Shown here: piece by piece, positions 1-12,900 of the stretch | Layout of the letters: each line of letters opens with the position of its first letter | How positions within the stretch are numbered: the first letter of the stretch is position 1 | IMG/VR virus record: IMGVR_UViG_3300021400_000154 | Location: 46,615-110,614 of that record | Strand: one strand, 5' to 3' | Length of the DNA: 64,000 bases | Origin: a virus | Lineage: Duplodnaviria; Caudoviricetes | The notes under the pieces: model-generated | Seen by the model: only the letters and a program-made list of their open reading frames with translations | Told to the model about the DNA's origin: nothing | Databases searched by the model: none | Position numbers and translations under genes: made by a program

Positions 1-1
1 A

Positions 2-529
2 AGCGTTCAATTTTCTCTTGATGGGGAGGACGTCGGTGACCCTATTGTTTGTTCTGACACACAGGACGCGGACAGCAAAACGAGCTTCAAAAATGCTGTC
101 GCTCAGTTTTTCCCGCATGATCCAGGCCAGCAGATGGGAGTTATTATGCCTGAAACCGGTGATGATGTTGACATACAGATTAACTTCAACTCTGCTCCTT
201 CTCTTCCGGAGATGCCAGCTGACGGTGGCACAATGGAGTAGGAAGGTCGTGTTTCCAGCGGCAAGGTCGCGAAGTTTGACAACAAGTCCGCTGCCGTCGG
301 CGAGGCTGTTCTGAAGTGGCCTGTATATGCCAGCGGAGACGACTGTTCCGACTCTGCGATCAAGGGCTACCTGATCATGCACATGTATCGTGCGCGGATT
401 ACGAGAATGCCTGGGTTTGACGATTCATACAAGAGCGCCTCCACGTTCCAGTTCCAGCTCTCTGCCATGGATGCGAAGCGCGATGACGGGAAGATTTACG
501 AGCTGGCGTATAAGGAAAACGATCTGTAA
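2..529 (+). CDS. Major tail protein paralog 1 (5'-truncated; internal TAG at 239-241 read through)
   Basis: Frame 2 is open except for one TAG and ends in TAA. Its C-terminus (DNKSAAVGEAVLKWPVYASGDDC...MPGFDDSYKSA...SAMDAKRDD.KIYELAY) is clearly homologous to the 611-1378 product. Not in the ORF track. Confidence 0.7.
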
Positions 530-610
530 CAATATGATTGACTACACGAAGTCTGTAGGGGGACAGCGTGTTTTCAATATATACAAAAATAAACCAAAGG
601 AGTGTTGCAT

Positions 611-1378
611 ATGCCTAATACATATGTGCCCGCCTACAAGGGCTACATTGCGGACGTGCCGCAGGTCTGGTTCAAGCGTTGCGATGGCGAAGTGTTCCAC
701 TATGACGAGATCACTCAGGCTTCCGTGAACCCACAGACTAACTTCACTGAAATCAACGCCGGTTGGTAGCTGTATCCCGTGGCTTATCTGCCCGGTCAGT
801 CCACCATGGAGATCTCCATGACATCTGGTCAGTTCAACGCCGATCTGTTCGCGATGGCGAACAAGACCAAGTTTAAGACGATTGGTCAGGATCCTCAGGA
901 CACCGAGAAGTATAGCACCTTCAAGACCGAGTCTCTGACTCCTGACGCCACCACTCACAAGGTGACCCTGGCCGAGACTCCTGTTGAAGGCACCGTTGCC
1001 ATTCGTGGCCTGGAGCTGACCACTGACTTCACCGTGTCCGGCAAGGAAGTCACCTTCACCGATGATAAGATTGCCGGTCCCGTCGAGATCTCTTATGAGT
1101 ATGAGGTGAATGGCGCCAACGTGATCAAGATTGACAACAAGTCTGCTGCTACCGGCGAGGCCGTCATGAAGTGGCCTGTGTACGGTGCTGGAGACGACTG
1201 CACCGACAGCGCTGTGAAGGGCTATGTGATTCTGCGGATGTACCGTTGCCGGGTCACCCAGATGCCTGGGTTCGACACCAGCTATAAGAGCGCGGCCACC
1301 AATGCCGTGACCTTCTCCGCTATGGACGCGAAGCGCGACGACGAGAAGATCTACGAGATCGCCTACATCGACGCCTAA
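611..1378 (+). CDS. Major tail (tube) protein; internal TAG at 767-769
   Basis: AAGGAG RBS precedes ATG 611, which is in frame with track ORF 779-1378 across one TAG (INAGW*LYP). It lies upstream of the tail chaperone and tape measure and is followed by a terminator. Confidence 0.7.
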
Positions 1379-1435
1379 TCAACCAAACATCGTTTCTTGT
1401 ATTAAGGATAAATTATAAGGTTATGCAAGGAACTC

Positions 1436-1473
1436 AAGGGGTTGCTGCATAACGCAGCAGCCCCTTTTTTATT
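1436..1473 (+). terminator. Intrinsic terminator
   Basis: AAGGGGTTGCTGC-ATAAC-GCAGCAGCCCCTT hairpin followed by a T-tract. Confidence 0.8.
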
Positions 1474-1497
1474 ACGTATAAGGAAAGAAGGATTTAT

Positions 1498-2034
1498 ATG
1501 CCAGTTATGAACAAAGATCTCCCGGAAGCGAAGGAGAATAATAAAAAGCTTCCTACGAAACGTGCTCTGAAGAAGGACATCCCTGACGAGGCTGAACTGG
1601 ACAAAGAAATACCGGAAGCCTCGGAGCTCGACAAAGAAATGCCGGAAGCTTCTCCGCTTGATAAGCCTCAGCCTCCGCTTGTAGACCCGGAGAACATTAT
1701 CCGGGTTGGCGACCAGGACATTGAAATCAAGCCGACGAAGCTGTTGTACCAGCGGAACAAGACCGCTGCAGCTTACCGGATTCTTGATGTGTACCCTCTG
1801 CCTGACATCCTTGCGATGGATAAAGGCATCCTCGACCCGGAACGTGATGGCGATGCGATCGTATTTGACTTCCTGACCGCCGTGTTCGACGACGGCAAGT
1901 TGGTGGCCAAGTATTACGACACGATGGACTCTGAAACCATTTATCGTGCGGTTCAGATCTTCAAGCGGCTGAACCATATAGACGATAAGGAAGAGGCCTC
2001 AAAAAACCGGGCAGCCAAGGGGACGAGCAAATAA
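1498..2034 (+). CDS. Tail assembly chaperone (lambda gpG-like)
   Basis: Located between tail tube and tape measure genes. Has a slippery site near its 3' end and ~10-aa N-terminal repeats. Confidence 0.7.
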   Translation: MPVMNKDLPEAKENNKKLPTKRALKKDIPDEAELDKEIPEASELDKEMPEASPLDKPQPPLVDPENIIRVGDQDIEIKPTKLLYQRNKTAAAYRILDVYPLPDILAMDKGILDPERDGDAIVFDFLTAVFDDGKLVAKYYDTMDSETIYRAVQIFKRLNHIDDKEEASKNRAAKGTSK

Positions 2035-2345
2035 GCCTTGACGAGGCTGTAGCGCTGGTTGCTGTCTACCTTGGCGAAGCTGATGAATCGAAAATAAACG
2101 GAATGTCGATTCCGTTCTTCAATAATGTATTGGCGGCATTAGGCAAGCGCGTTAACTACGATGCCGTCGTGAACTATGCCGGTAACTCTTTCGCGAAGGA
2201 TTCATGGAAACTGATTCAAGAGGCGAACCCGTTGGTAAAGCCGAGGAAGATCAGTTCCGGTTTTATGGATCTGTTGAACAAGGCTGCGCCGAAGTCTGAT
2301 GCTAAGACACAGCAGATGCTGAAAGAGATTGACTGGGCGAAATAA
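1498..2345 (+). CDS. Tail assembly chaperone, -1 frameshift extension (gpGT-like)
   Basis: A AAA AAC heptamer at 2001-2007. The -1 frame is open from there through track ORF 2103-2345. Confidence 0.7.
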
Positions 2346-2357
2346 GAGGTGATTCAT

Positions 2358-2585
2358 ATGAACCGTGCTTGTTTCTATTATGAGGCAATGATGCGCTCCT
2401 ATGATAAGTTTGTGAATGGCGAGTGCAGCCAGGAGTCTTTTATCCTGGCTGCCAAAGCCTTTGCTGCTTTACGGGAGCCTAACCCATTCAAACAGTGCGA
2501 GGACGAAAAGTTGTTCTCTCAGAATGCAGCGATCCGTCCTTAGGCTGATGCCAAACTTGTTACTGCCGTGAAGGAGGAGTATTGA
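2358..2585 (+). CDS. Hypothetical protein (TAG at 2541-2543 read through)
   Basis: GAGGTG RBS. Readthrough ends at a TGA that overlaps the next ATG (TGATG coupling). Confidence 0.6.
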
Positions 2586-2980
2586 TGAGTTATTTTGACG
2601 TGTTAAATAAAGCTTACGAGCTTGTGGTTGTTACTGATGAACTTACTGGTATTTCTTATCTACAGCCTTCGTACAAGATGCTGCTTCGTGATAATGAAGT
2701 GCATCTGCCAGATTATGATTCAATCGTGAACAATAATGATCCAGAACTTTGGGAGGCTGTGAAGCTTGAGGTTGAGAAGCGCAACGCCATGCTGAACTTC
2801 GTGAACCCTGTGGCTGAGTGGGTGTATTCTGCGATTGCTAACACGGTTGAGCCTGCGATGACGCAGGAGGAGAATGAGCTGCTAAAGAACGTGATGGAGT
2901 ATCTGCAAGCGAAGAACGGGAAGAAGACGAGGACGAGGAAGAAGAAAGGCGCTCAAAGCGAGAGTACTCTGTCGCAGTGA
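2585..2980 (+). CDS. Hypothetical protein
   Basis: AAGGAGGAG RBS; translationally coupled ORF. Confidence 0.65.
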   Translation: MSYFDVLNKAYELVVVTDELTGISYLQPSYKMLLRDNEVHLPDYDSIVNNNDPELWEAVKLEVEKRNAMLNFVNPVAEWVYSAIANTVEPAMTQEENELLKNVMEYLQAKNGKKTRTRKKKGAQSESTLSQ

Positions 2981-3013
2981 TTTTTTGTCGTAAGGCCAAT
3001 ACTGATAACGGCT

Positions 3014-3841
3014 TTAATGCAAATACATGTAAAACAATATATCTGGGCCGAACGCATATTTATCTATGGCTATGTTTTGCGAAGGAACGAATACTTTTTT
3101 TACTGGACTTTTGTAGAAACAAAATTTAGCAATCGATGTTATGCTCGGTGGCAAGATTACAGTATGTAAATTTTCAAAACCGCAAAACGCCTCCTCTTCG
3201 ATTGTAAGGATTCCATTTCCAATGATCAAACAGGACAATTGTTCTGCATGCCCGTTTGGATACCAGGAAGGAACTTTATCGTCTATCAGCTCATAAAAAT
3301 TAAAAGATCTTCTCCCTATCGTTGTAATGTCCGTGCCGTTAATCGTACTAGGGACACAGAGAATCTCTTCGCCTGATAAATCTCCGTAGGTCAACTTATT
3401 TCCTGTTACTTTCCAAAACGTAGTTATTGTGTTTCCGTTCAGCAACGTACCGTTTGCTTTATAAGCGAAATGTAAAAGCAAATCAGAATATGACATAGAA
3501 ATCCTTTTAGCGTCATATATTAGCCTATCTGACAACTTGAAGTATAAGCGTATTCTATGAATGCCATTTACACAATTATGAGATATTAAATGCGCAGTTT
3601 GCTCAGTTCGCCCATTGGAAAAACGAGACGCTGCATCTGCAGAAATGGTATGAAAAGCATTCATATCTATATCCCTTTGTTTGGTGATCATGTATTCACC
3701 AAACAACATATGCTGATATTGGTTGTTGCTTTTACTCGTCGAAACAGTATATTGTAATAAAGCTATTTGTTTGTATTCGGCATCGCTTATTTCGACTTCT
3801 GCAACAACACATCCGTCAATCATGAAACAGTTAATCTTCAT
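3014..3841 (-). CDS. Moron-like gene with C-terminal BspA-type leucine-rich repeats
   Basis: TTIGRRSF, LTIEEEAFCGFENLHTVILPPSITSIAKFCF and IAIDKYAF repeats. AT-rich, antisense to the tail operon, with its own promoter. Confidence 0.65.
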   Translation of the reverse strand: MKINCFMIDGCVVAEVEISDAEYKQIALLQYTVSTSKSNNQYQHMLFGEYMITKQRDIDMNAFHTISADAASRFSNGRTEQTAHLISHNCVNGIHRIRLYFKLSDRLIYDAKRISMSYSDLLLHFAYKANGTLLNGNTITTFWKVTGNKLTYGDLSGEEILCVPSTINGTDITTIGRRSFNFYELIDDKVPSWYPNGHAEQLSCLIIGNGILTIEEEAFCGFENLHTVILPPSITSIAKFCFYKSPVKKVFVPSQNIAIDKYAFGPDILFYMYLH

Positions 3842-3863
3842 GATAACACCCCCCTTATGTGGT

Positions 3864-3892
3864 TATATAACATAAGTTTGCCTTACTGTCAA
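3864..3892 (-). promoter_or_regulatory. Sigma-A/70-like promoter of the LRR gene
   Basis: TTGACA-17 nt-TATATA on the - strand, upstream of an AAGGGGGG RBS. Confidence 0.6.
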
Positions 3893-3915
3893 CACTTCGA
3901 AAAGGAGGTAATAAT

Positions 3916-6900
3916 ATGCCGAATGATCAAGTAGTACTTGATGTCGTTTTTCAGCCTCAAGTAGAAAGCCTGATTCAATAGTTGCATCAGGCATCACAAA
4001 TTGCGTCAGATGACGTTCAAACAATGCTTACCGAATCAATAACTCAAGCTGGATTATTGGCGAAAGAATCTGAAGGCTTTTAGTCTCAAAGTATGCCTCA
4101 GGAATATGTTCAAATGGCACAATCTTTAATGAATGCCATGAATAAACAAGTTCAAGACATCATCGCACAGCTTAATAAGGCATCGCAAGATGCAACTTCT
4201 TCTGGGTTTGAGGATGGTATTATCCAAAGAATAAAGACTACAATAGGTTCGCTTACTGCGAACATTATAGATCAAACTTTTTCAGTTGGCGCTATGAAAA
4301 ATATTGTTGGTCAGATAGCACCTGATATGGCACAGTCTTTTGCCCAAAACTACAGAGATTACTATTTGCAAGCAAGTAGACTTATGGCAAGGCAAGCCAA
4401 AAACCCAGCAACAAACGGCGAATGGATGAAGTACCTTGATTTAGATTCTGGCTTTGCCGCTGGTCAAAGAGCTATGATGCAACATTTTGGGTTGTCAGAA
4501 GCTCAAATGAGACTGATGCAAGAATCAGTAGTGCGCAGCCAGCCAAATCAAATACGTATCGATTACGCCAGAAATGCTGTTCGATATTCAGGTGGGGCCA
4601 TGAAGAAAGTTGGCGTGATCCCACAATATATGACATATCAAGAACGGCTACCTGCTTTTTATCAGGGCTTAAGCAACCAACCACAAACAACAACGTTGTC
4701 CCCTGATGAAAGGCAGGCTTTACAAGCAGAAGTAAGTGATGAGCAATGGAAAACAATCAGAAGTATAGCCGCTAGCAACCCTTCTTTTGAAAAAGCTCTT
4801 ATTATGGCTGGATTAGCCCAAAGAACAGTCCATAACAAAGCGGCAGGTTAGTTAGTTATGCCACAAAAGCCAGTAAGTACTGAATTGGTTGCAAGAGCGA
4901 TTGGCCATTTACATAGAGATATAATGATTCCTTAGCTCGAGGGAGCGCCATCTAATTACAGAAAAATCACATAGACATCTGGTGAGGATCAGATGGCAAT
5001 GGCAAATGCAGATTAGAAAACAGTGTTAGATATTATCGATGCGTTTCATAAACTTGCTCCATTGGGTATTTCTCCCGTATATGGTGATGCTGTTACACGC
5101 CCATATAATCCACAGACTGGCGTTTCGCGTGTACGAGGTGCGAAATCTACTGCAGCTCCAGAAAGATATCAGATTATGAGTTTAACATGGGATGATTTCC
5201 AAAAAGGAGTTATGCTTGATCCACATGGCCCTGTTCAAAGCGAATATGAAGAAGGCGCAAGGGGCACATCGACAAACAAGATGATTCTTGAATCGGGTTT
5301 CACAAGAATGCTCGGCATGCATGGTAACAACACGTTCGGTAATGGAAGCAAAACAGATAATAGTTCGCCTTCTATAATACAAATTGACTTGTAGGATCGA
5401 TTATTAAAGAAACGTAAAGACGGAGAGTTAGAATGGGAAAATGGACACGTTGTTCAAGATGAAGATACTGCGAAGCTAATCGAGCGTATATTTACTATTC
5501 CGCAAGGCCATTCTCACCCGAGAGTTCAGTTTGGCCAAACTGGTATTCATTATGTTCCTACTAATGTGAAGAATGGCGTGATTACTCTTGGACGGGAAGA
5601 TGCTGTTGAAAGTGCAATCAGCGATTCTATAAGACTGACAGGGCATAATGTGCTCGCTAATATGGTTGACCCGAATACTGTGTTCTAGACATATACTGAT
5701 TTGAATAAACAAATCGAGGCATACAACAGAGACTTAACTCCGTCTGTGCCTATTGAAAGAATGGGCGGAAAGCTTCCTGATAAAAATAGAATCGCATTTG
5801 TTGATCTGTCTTCGTTTACAGGGAAAAAAGATAGTAAGACTGGCCGTAATGACTATCACGATGGTTCATCCTTTTTTATGCCTGGCTTTATTCCAGGTGG
5901 CAATGCAACATACAGAATCGCCGGACAAAAGGGCACAGCTCAAACAGTTGATTTCCGTGCAATGATTAGAGATTTATACGGCGATGTTGATCATTTTTAT
6001 TTGCCTGCATTGAATGCTCCGAAAGAATACAAAGATGCATTTAACCAGCATGGTATTGAAAAAGTTAGAGAAATGATGCAACAACGAGGAGAGTTGTAGA
6101 AATTCGAAGAATATTTCCTTGATGCGTTACAGTTTGATGCGCTTATATAGGACTCAGTCATTAAATCGCCTGCGTACAAAGGCTTGACGAACGCACAGGC
6201 GCAAGATCTTTTTTATAAAACAAAAGAAACCCCTATGGGTATGGGCATTGTACAAACAGCAAGCCAGTTTTTGACAAAAGGGAAACTTTCTCTTGGCAGA
6301 CAGTTATCTCAGCATTTAGACTTAACACCAGAGCAGATAGCAGAAAACAGAGAGTTGTGGGAGAACTATATAAATATGCTCAGATATAGGCCAGAAGAGA
6401 CTGCAAAGAGGTTGTTTTCAAATCCTAACAATTCTTTGGATTCTAAGATAATGGCTAACCCTGGATTAATGTGGGATGACCCAGAAGCAAGGTAGATTGT
6501 GCTAAACGAAATATCTAAAGCTATGATTTCTATGGCGAACGGAGAATTGTTTTAGGATGGATTATCGCCTTCTGCTCTGGCCGCAGCGAACCCAGCAAAG
6601 ATATTAATGGATGCAGCCAGCAGAAATGGCCTTAAGATACAGAATCCATTACTTGCGCGAAGGCTTACACTTGGAACTGGTAAACTTGCTGCAGGATTCT
6701 TGGATGATGACGAGATAGCAGTTGGAAGATGGCCAATGACACCTGGAGAACAATATAGTGCCCAACTATAGAAAGATTACTTGGAGGCTGGAAGAAAGTA
6801 CGGGCTCGCAGATGACGTTTTTTATACTGATGCCGGATTTATCGGAGCAATGGGAGGCGGAGATGTCGACGGCGACACGATCCAGGCATTAAGAGGAAGA

Positions 6901-9900
6901 CTTCGTGATTATGTAAAAAACACAATAACTGCAAGAGCTGGTAAAACCGGGCAACGTGATGCGTCTTTAATACCAGAACCTTTGCCAGCAAATCAAAAAA
7001 TAGGGCCAAGAGTTTTTGCAGATCAAATGTTCAGAGCTGCTCAGCAGCAGATCGAATTAGGAATGGTCTCTAGAGCTCAAGACGCTTTATCCCAACTTCC
7101 TTGGATTGACCCAGAAATAGTTAGACAATATGGGCAAGCGAATGCAGACTTAGCCATGCAATATGACGTAGATTCGACTTTTTTGAAGACAGGCGTATTG
7201 GCGAACTGGACTCAGGCCTCAAAAAATGCAAGGTATTTAGGCAGACCTTTCAGTCATGTATATAAAGACCTTGTTGGAGCTATCCAAGAAGGAGATTATT
7301 CGAAAATAAGAAAAATGTAGGAGTTGAACTTTCCAAGTCGGTATCATGCTTTGACGGCTTAGATGATGGAAAGTTTATACCAGAATCCAATAAGTAACAC
7401 AGCTATTGACAAAATGATTGCTGCTCAAGAAGATTTAGAAGGAATACCTCAGCTTGAACAAGGAGAGCTATATCAACGAAGTCAAGCCGCGTTCTTAAGA
7501 GAAAACATACGAGTGATGTAGCAATTACTCTCTTCAAGAGCTGGTTTTGTTTCAACCGAAGATTTTGAAAACCTTGGAGCAAAAGCAAAAAAGTGGCAAG
7601 CTGACGTCCAAACAGAGCTTGCTCGACCTGGCATAGACGAAAAAAGAAAGAAAGTTCTTTTGGAGAATTTGGGACTTGCACAACAGCAACAATACCGTTT
7701 AGATCGCTTAAGACAGTTCGGTGTTATTGAAGGAGCTACAGACGGTTATGTTAGCTTGTTTAAAAACACTAGAGGCACTTCTGGATAGTCTGTTTTTAGT
7801 GTTGCGCAACAGCAAGCCACGGATGCAGAAGCAGCTGAGGTTGCGGCAAGAGTTGGCGCCAATCCAACAATGATAGCAGCGATGAGAACTGCTGCGGAGA
7901 ATGCGCAAATCGCTGACGCTAAACGAAAAGCCGAGAGCGCGAGATATAGTTTCTCTCAGTTGGCTCTGTTGGATAAAAGCCCTGAAGAATGGTTTAATCG
8001 GTACATAGCTAAATCAAGCGAAACAGAAATGACGCCAGCAATACATATTGGCAACGTTGTTGATAAACTTACGACAGAATGGGGTTACAGGAGACTAGCT
8101 GAACAAAAAGGGCAAGGAAAAATGCTTACTCCTGATGAGTTTGAAAAAATGTTTGTTGCCTTGTTTACAGGAAACTTTGATCCATCTTCTTTTATAAGCG
8201 GTTTTGACGAGCGCGAACGCAATAAGTTTACAGATGCGGCGAAAAGGCTTGGTTTTCAAAATGGAATGGAACATCCATCTGACAGATATAGAAATGCTTT
8301 AGCATATGTTAGAGCGATGCCTTTCATGTTGCCAGATGAGGAAATATTGGAATGGGATGATAATGGAGAGAAAAAACCATCTGTTCAAGTACGCGTTCGC
8401 CCTGATTTCGGAACAACTCCTTCGGGAAGCAGGGTAAATAGTATTGGTTTTGTAGACTTGATCACGAGAAATAAACATACAGGTCAGATTACAGAATGGG
8501 ACACAAAAGCAAATAGCGACCAAGAAGGACGTACTGGAGGCATCAATCAAGTATATTCTTATAGTACAGATCCTGCCTTCCAGCCTTCTCATATTGGAAT
8601 CTTAGCGTACAATGATCCTGAACACACGGTAACACAGCTTCCTTTTTCTAAAGAAAGACAAGATGAAGTCCGAGCTATGACTAGGGATATTCTTGCTCAA
8701 CGTTTTTTAATCGCTGAGCATGGAGACAGTTGGGATTTTATTCGGAATCAGTTCTATCCAGGAATGAACGAAGCAGCAGAACGCACGCAAACTGAAGCCG
8801 AACATCAACAAAGTAGATCTTTTATGGAACAAGGAACTGGAATGGCAATGGCCAAAGCAATGACGTTGCAAAATGATATCACAGAATATGAACAACGCAT
8901 GCAACAAATAACACAACAACTACAAAATGGATTAAGGCGTAGAAGCGGGGATCAAACAGATAATCCTTGGGAGTCTTTTGATGCGCAGTTGAATGCTTCA
9001 TTTGATGCAAGAAGACGACAGTTGGTAAAAAGGGGAGCCAACAAAGAAGATTTGGTAGGTTTAGACGAAGAGAGAAGAAAAGCTGCGGAAATGTTCGACA
9101 AAGCTTTAATGGAAGCGGCCGGTGGAGAAAAATCCGATATCGTTCAAACAATAAACGCGCTAAATGATTAGTTCGCTAAGCGACGGTCTGATTCCGGTTT
9201 GACAACTTACATTCAGGAATTTGAGGGCATTGAAAAGGCAGTTAAATAGGCTACTATGGCGTTTGACGTGTTTGAACAAAAGATGGCAAAAAAGAAGAAC
9301 TTGTCGCAGAAAGATCAAGAAGCTCTCGACCGTGGAAGACAGCAAAGAGAAGAGCTTACTGGTTTGGCAGACATACAAAGGCGCGCTATATAGGAAGAGG
9401 CAAAACGGAAAGCATTGTCGCAAATAGAAGATTTTGCAATAGATCAAGGTACCATGGAAATGACTCCAGAAATAAGAATGCAGCGTATCAAACAAAAAAG
9501 GGCAGAAGAACTGATGCGTACTCAGTTAGCCATAGGAGAGTTAAAAGATAAAGGCCTTTTATCGGAAAAAGATTTCGAATCAATGTCTAGCAGTATTACT
9601 GATATGCTTGGCGATCAATAGCTGGGTGCTTTTGCTGCGCGCGCTGAACGAATCCGACTTGGATTAGAAACAAAAACGCCTGAACAAATGAGTCAGGAGC
9701 GTTTGAGAGATATTCGAGCAGCGATTGCAGCATAGGTTGAATCTGGAGGAGACAGTCCTGAAGTTGCCGCAGCAAGAGAAAGAAAACGTGCAGCTGATAA
9801 AGCTTTGGAACAAGCACAACAACAAGCTGCGGAAGCGCAACAGGCAGCGGGTGGTAAAACAGTTACAGCTGAAGATGTAGCGGCGGCAAATGCTACAGTA

Positions 9901-12900
9901 GTATCAGCAAAGTCCAGACTTAAACAGTTGCAATAGGAAAGAGATCGAATAAGTACAGATATACAAACCCGCACATCTGCTCTTACAGGAACTCAGGCTG
10001 AACAAAAAGCTCGTCGAGATGCTCTTCAGTAGGCATATGGCGAAGCGAAATCAGCCTATGAGCAAGTTGTAGCTGCCCGCCCTGCAGACGGAAGTAAGGC
10101 TCTCGAGGAGAAAAAGGCAGCTTTGCAGGCAGATTTAGAAAAGCGAAAGAAGATTGGTACTCCGGAGCAAGCGGAAGAAGCTTTAGCGCGAGAAAAAGCA
10201 GAATTAGAGAGACTTACTGCAGCAAGCGGAACTGCATAGCAATCTCTGAAACAAGCCCGCGCAAGCCAAACAATAATGGATCAAAGAAAGGAACAGCAGG
10301 ATATTATTACAGCTGCGACAAAGGATTTAGAAAAACTCAAGCCAGATCAGGAAAGAATAACAGAGGCACACACTAAAGCTAAGGCAGCCAGAGCTGCTGA
10401 AAAAATACATAAATTACAACCCCAACTTGGTGGGAAAACCCCGGAAGAAATCTTGCAAGAAGAAGAAGACGCCAAAAAGGAACTTGAACAGGCTCAGAAA
10501 GAAAAACAAAGAGCAGAGCATGATGCAACTGCTTATTGGGGTAGCCGAAAGAGGAAGGGTTTGAGTCAACAAGGCGACTTTAAGGCAATACGTGGAGAGC
10601 TTTTAGATCACCTTAGTAAACTCAGTCCCACAGAGCTGAAAGACCTTGGGTTTATATAGCTTGCACCTGATAAAATGGACGAGGATGCATTGGCCTCTAC
10701 CCTCAAATACAACGCTGGTGCTTTTTCTAGATCTCGCGACACATCCCTTTCAGGACTTGCAGCTTAGTTTGTTGAAGCCTGGAAAGCGGAGAAAGATTTC
10801 CGACCGATTTCAGGAAGAGTAGAGGAAGCACAAGGGAGAGCCGCAACAGCTCAAGCAGCAGTAAAAGGACTTGAACAAAAGGCCGAAGCAGCAAGGAAAA
10901 TACAAGATCTTTTGCGTGATACTCCTGGAGCTAAAGAAATGCTGTCAAAAACAGACGAAGAACTCGCCGGCTTTAAAGAAGCGGAAGATGCTCAGAGCGT
11001 ATCCGAGAAATAGCAAGCAGCACAACAAAAGATAAGCGCAGCTTTGCAAGAGTTAGCTAAACTTCCTGAACCTAAAGAAGTTGATGTCAAAGGGAAACAA
11101 CAAGAAGCTGCCGAAGCGGCTGGAGCAGTGGATGCTCAAAAATTGAAGGTTGAAGCAGCAGAACAAAGATTAAAAGACGCTAGAGAACTGGACACACGAA
11201 TCAGAAGTTTTCCCACTCTGACAGAGCTAGAGGAACAAATCGAAGCCGAAGGGCAAAAGCAGACCGATGCTGCCGAAGCAGAACGCAAAGCAAAAGAAAG
11301 AATGGATCAAGCACAAGAAGCGTTAACTGCAGCTACGCCACAAGACACTACAACAGCTCAATCAGAGATCGCAAGCTTGAAACAACAGCAAGCCCAAAAC
11401 CAAACGCAGATAGAAGCTCAACAGGCAGTAGTAGCACAGGCGGAAGCAAACCTTGCGGCAACAAATGCTGCTGCTCAAAACCCTGATGAACGGATAGCCA
11501 ATGCGAATGCAGCTGTTGAGAATGCGCAAAATGAAGCAAACCAAGCAGCCCAGGATCTGGAAGACGCAATAAAGAAACAGGATTCCACTGCGAATCAAAG
11601 TATTGACGAGCAAATGAAACCCCATGTTGAAAGAGAAAACCAAAAGCTTGAAAGAATCCGTCGGAAAAGCGAGCGCGCCAGAGAAGATTTCAGGCGTATG
11701 CTTACCGGCGAAACATTGACTCCAGAGGAAAGAGCTGCCAGGTCTGAAGAAGACATTAAATTCGCGCTTCAGGAAGCAAGAGACAAAATGTATGAAGATG
11801 GCAATCAAGATTGGCAAAAGCTTGATGAGATCCTTGGCAATGATAGTATGTGGGCATAGTTCAGGCAGCGTACTTAGCAACAGGAAAAGACCATGGACCA
11901 GCTTGCTCAGAACGATCTCGAGCGTACTGCTCAAGACCTGCAGAACAGAATAACCGGACACATGGAAACGAAGGAAGAAATGGAGAACAGAGCGATCCAG
12001 ACGTTCAGGGATCAAATCATTCAGAAGCGTGATGCAGCGAAGAAGAAAGGATTGGATACTTAGGCTTATGACAGGATGCTTGAGAAGGATGAGAATGGAC
12101 AAGAACAGCTCAGAGGCGATTTACAGGGTGCCATCAAGGAGCAAACGGATTTACAGAGACAACAACAGATCGCTCAGCGGAGAATGCAGAATCTCGGTAT
12201 TCTCAGGCGCGTATCTGGTTTCACAAGCACGACAGATGCCGCTGCTCAATATGAAGCTCAGAAGCAACAGGACCGTATTGCTTTTAAGAATGCAAGAGAC
12301 AAAGCTGAAAATACAGCGGAAGCAGAACGCACAGAGCAAGATCGTGCTCTCCTGGCGATGACCGAAAAGGATTGGGAACGGCAATACGACGAGCAGAATC
12401 TTGGAATGCAAGGGCTTGGTACAAGGGACGCTGCGAGAAAAAAAGCACAAGACGATTACCGCAATAATAAGGGTTATATTCAAGAAATCCAAAACAGCGC
12501 CTTGTAGGATACAGAAAAGGCAGCAAGACTTGCAAGATTTTCCAGGTATCTGGGACAAGACAGACAGCTTATTTCCGAGGAAGATTATGTCAATCAGGAA
12601 CTGTAGTTATTTGATGAAAGAGCTGATATAGCAAGAAGAAATGCTTTGCAAGGTATAGATCAAGCGGCTGATGCTTCTATGCAATACAGGTTAGGAAAGC
12701 TTTCTAGTGGGCGGCGTGCGTTAACTAGCTTTGGTATGACGTCGCAAATGGAGCTTTCAAGGCGTTTATCAGCTTTCAATCAATCTGCTGCCGCGCGCAG
12801 GAGTAGCGTCTCTTTATCTTCAAAAATCAAAGAAACAGAGACAGAGCTCGCCTCGCTCACAGATGCAGACAAAGAAAAAAGAGCTACTCTTGAAGCCAGG

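Noticed and set aside
239-241. TAG=Tyr, because this TAG aligns with Tyr in the paralog
   Set aside because: A single column in a poorly conserved segment; other contexts and the tRNA body do not support it.
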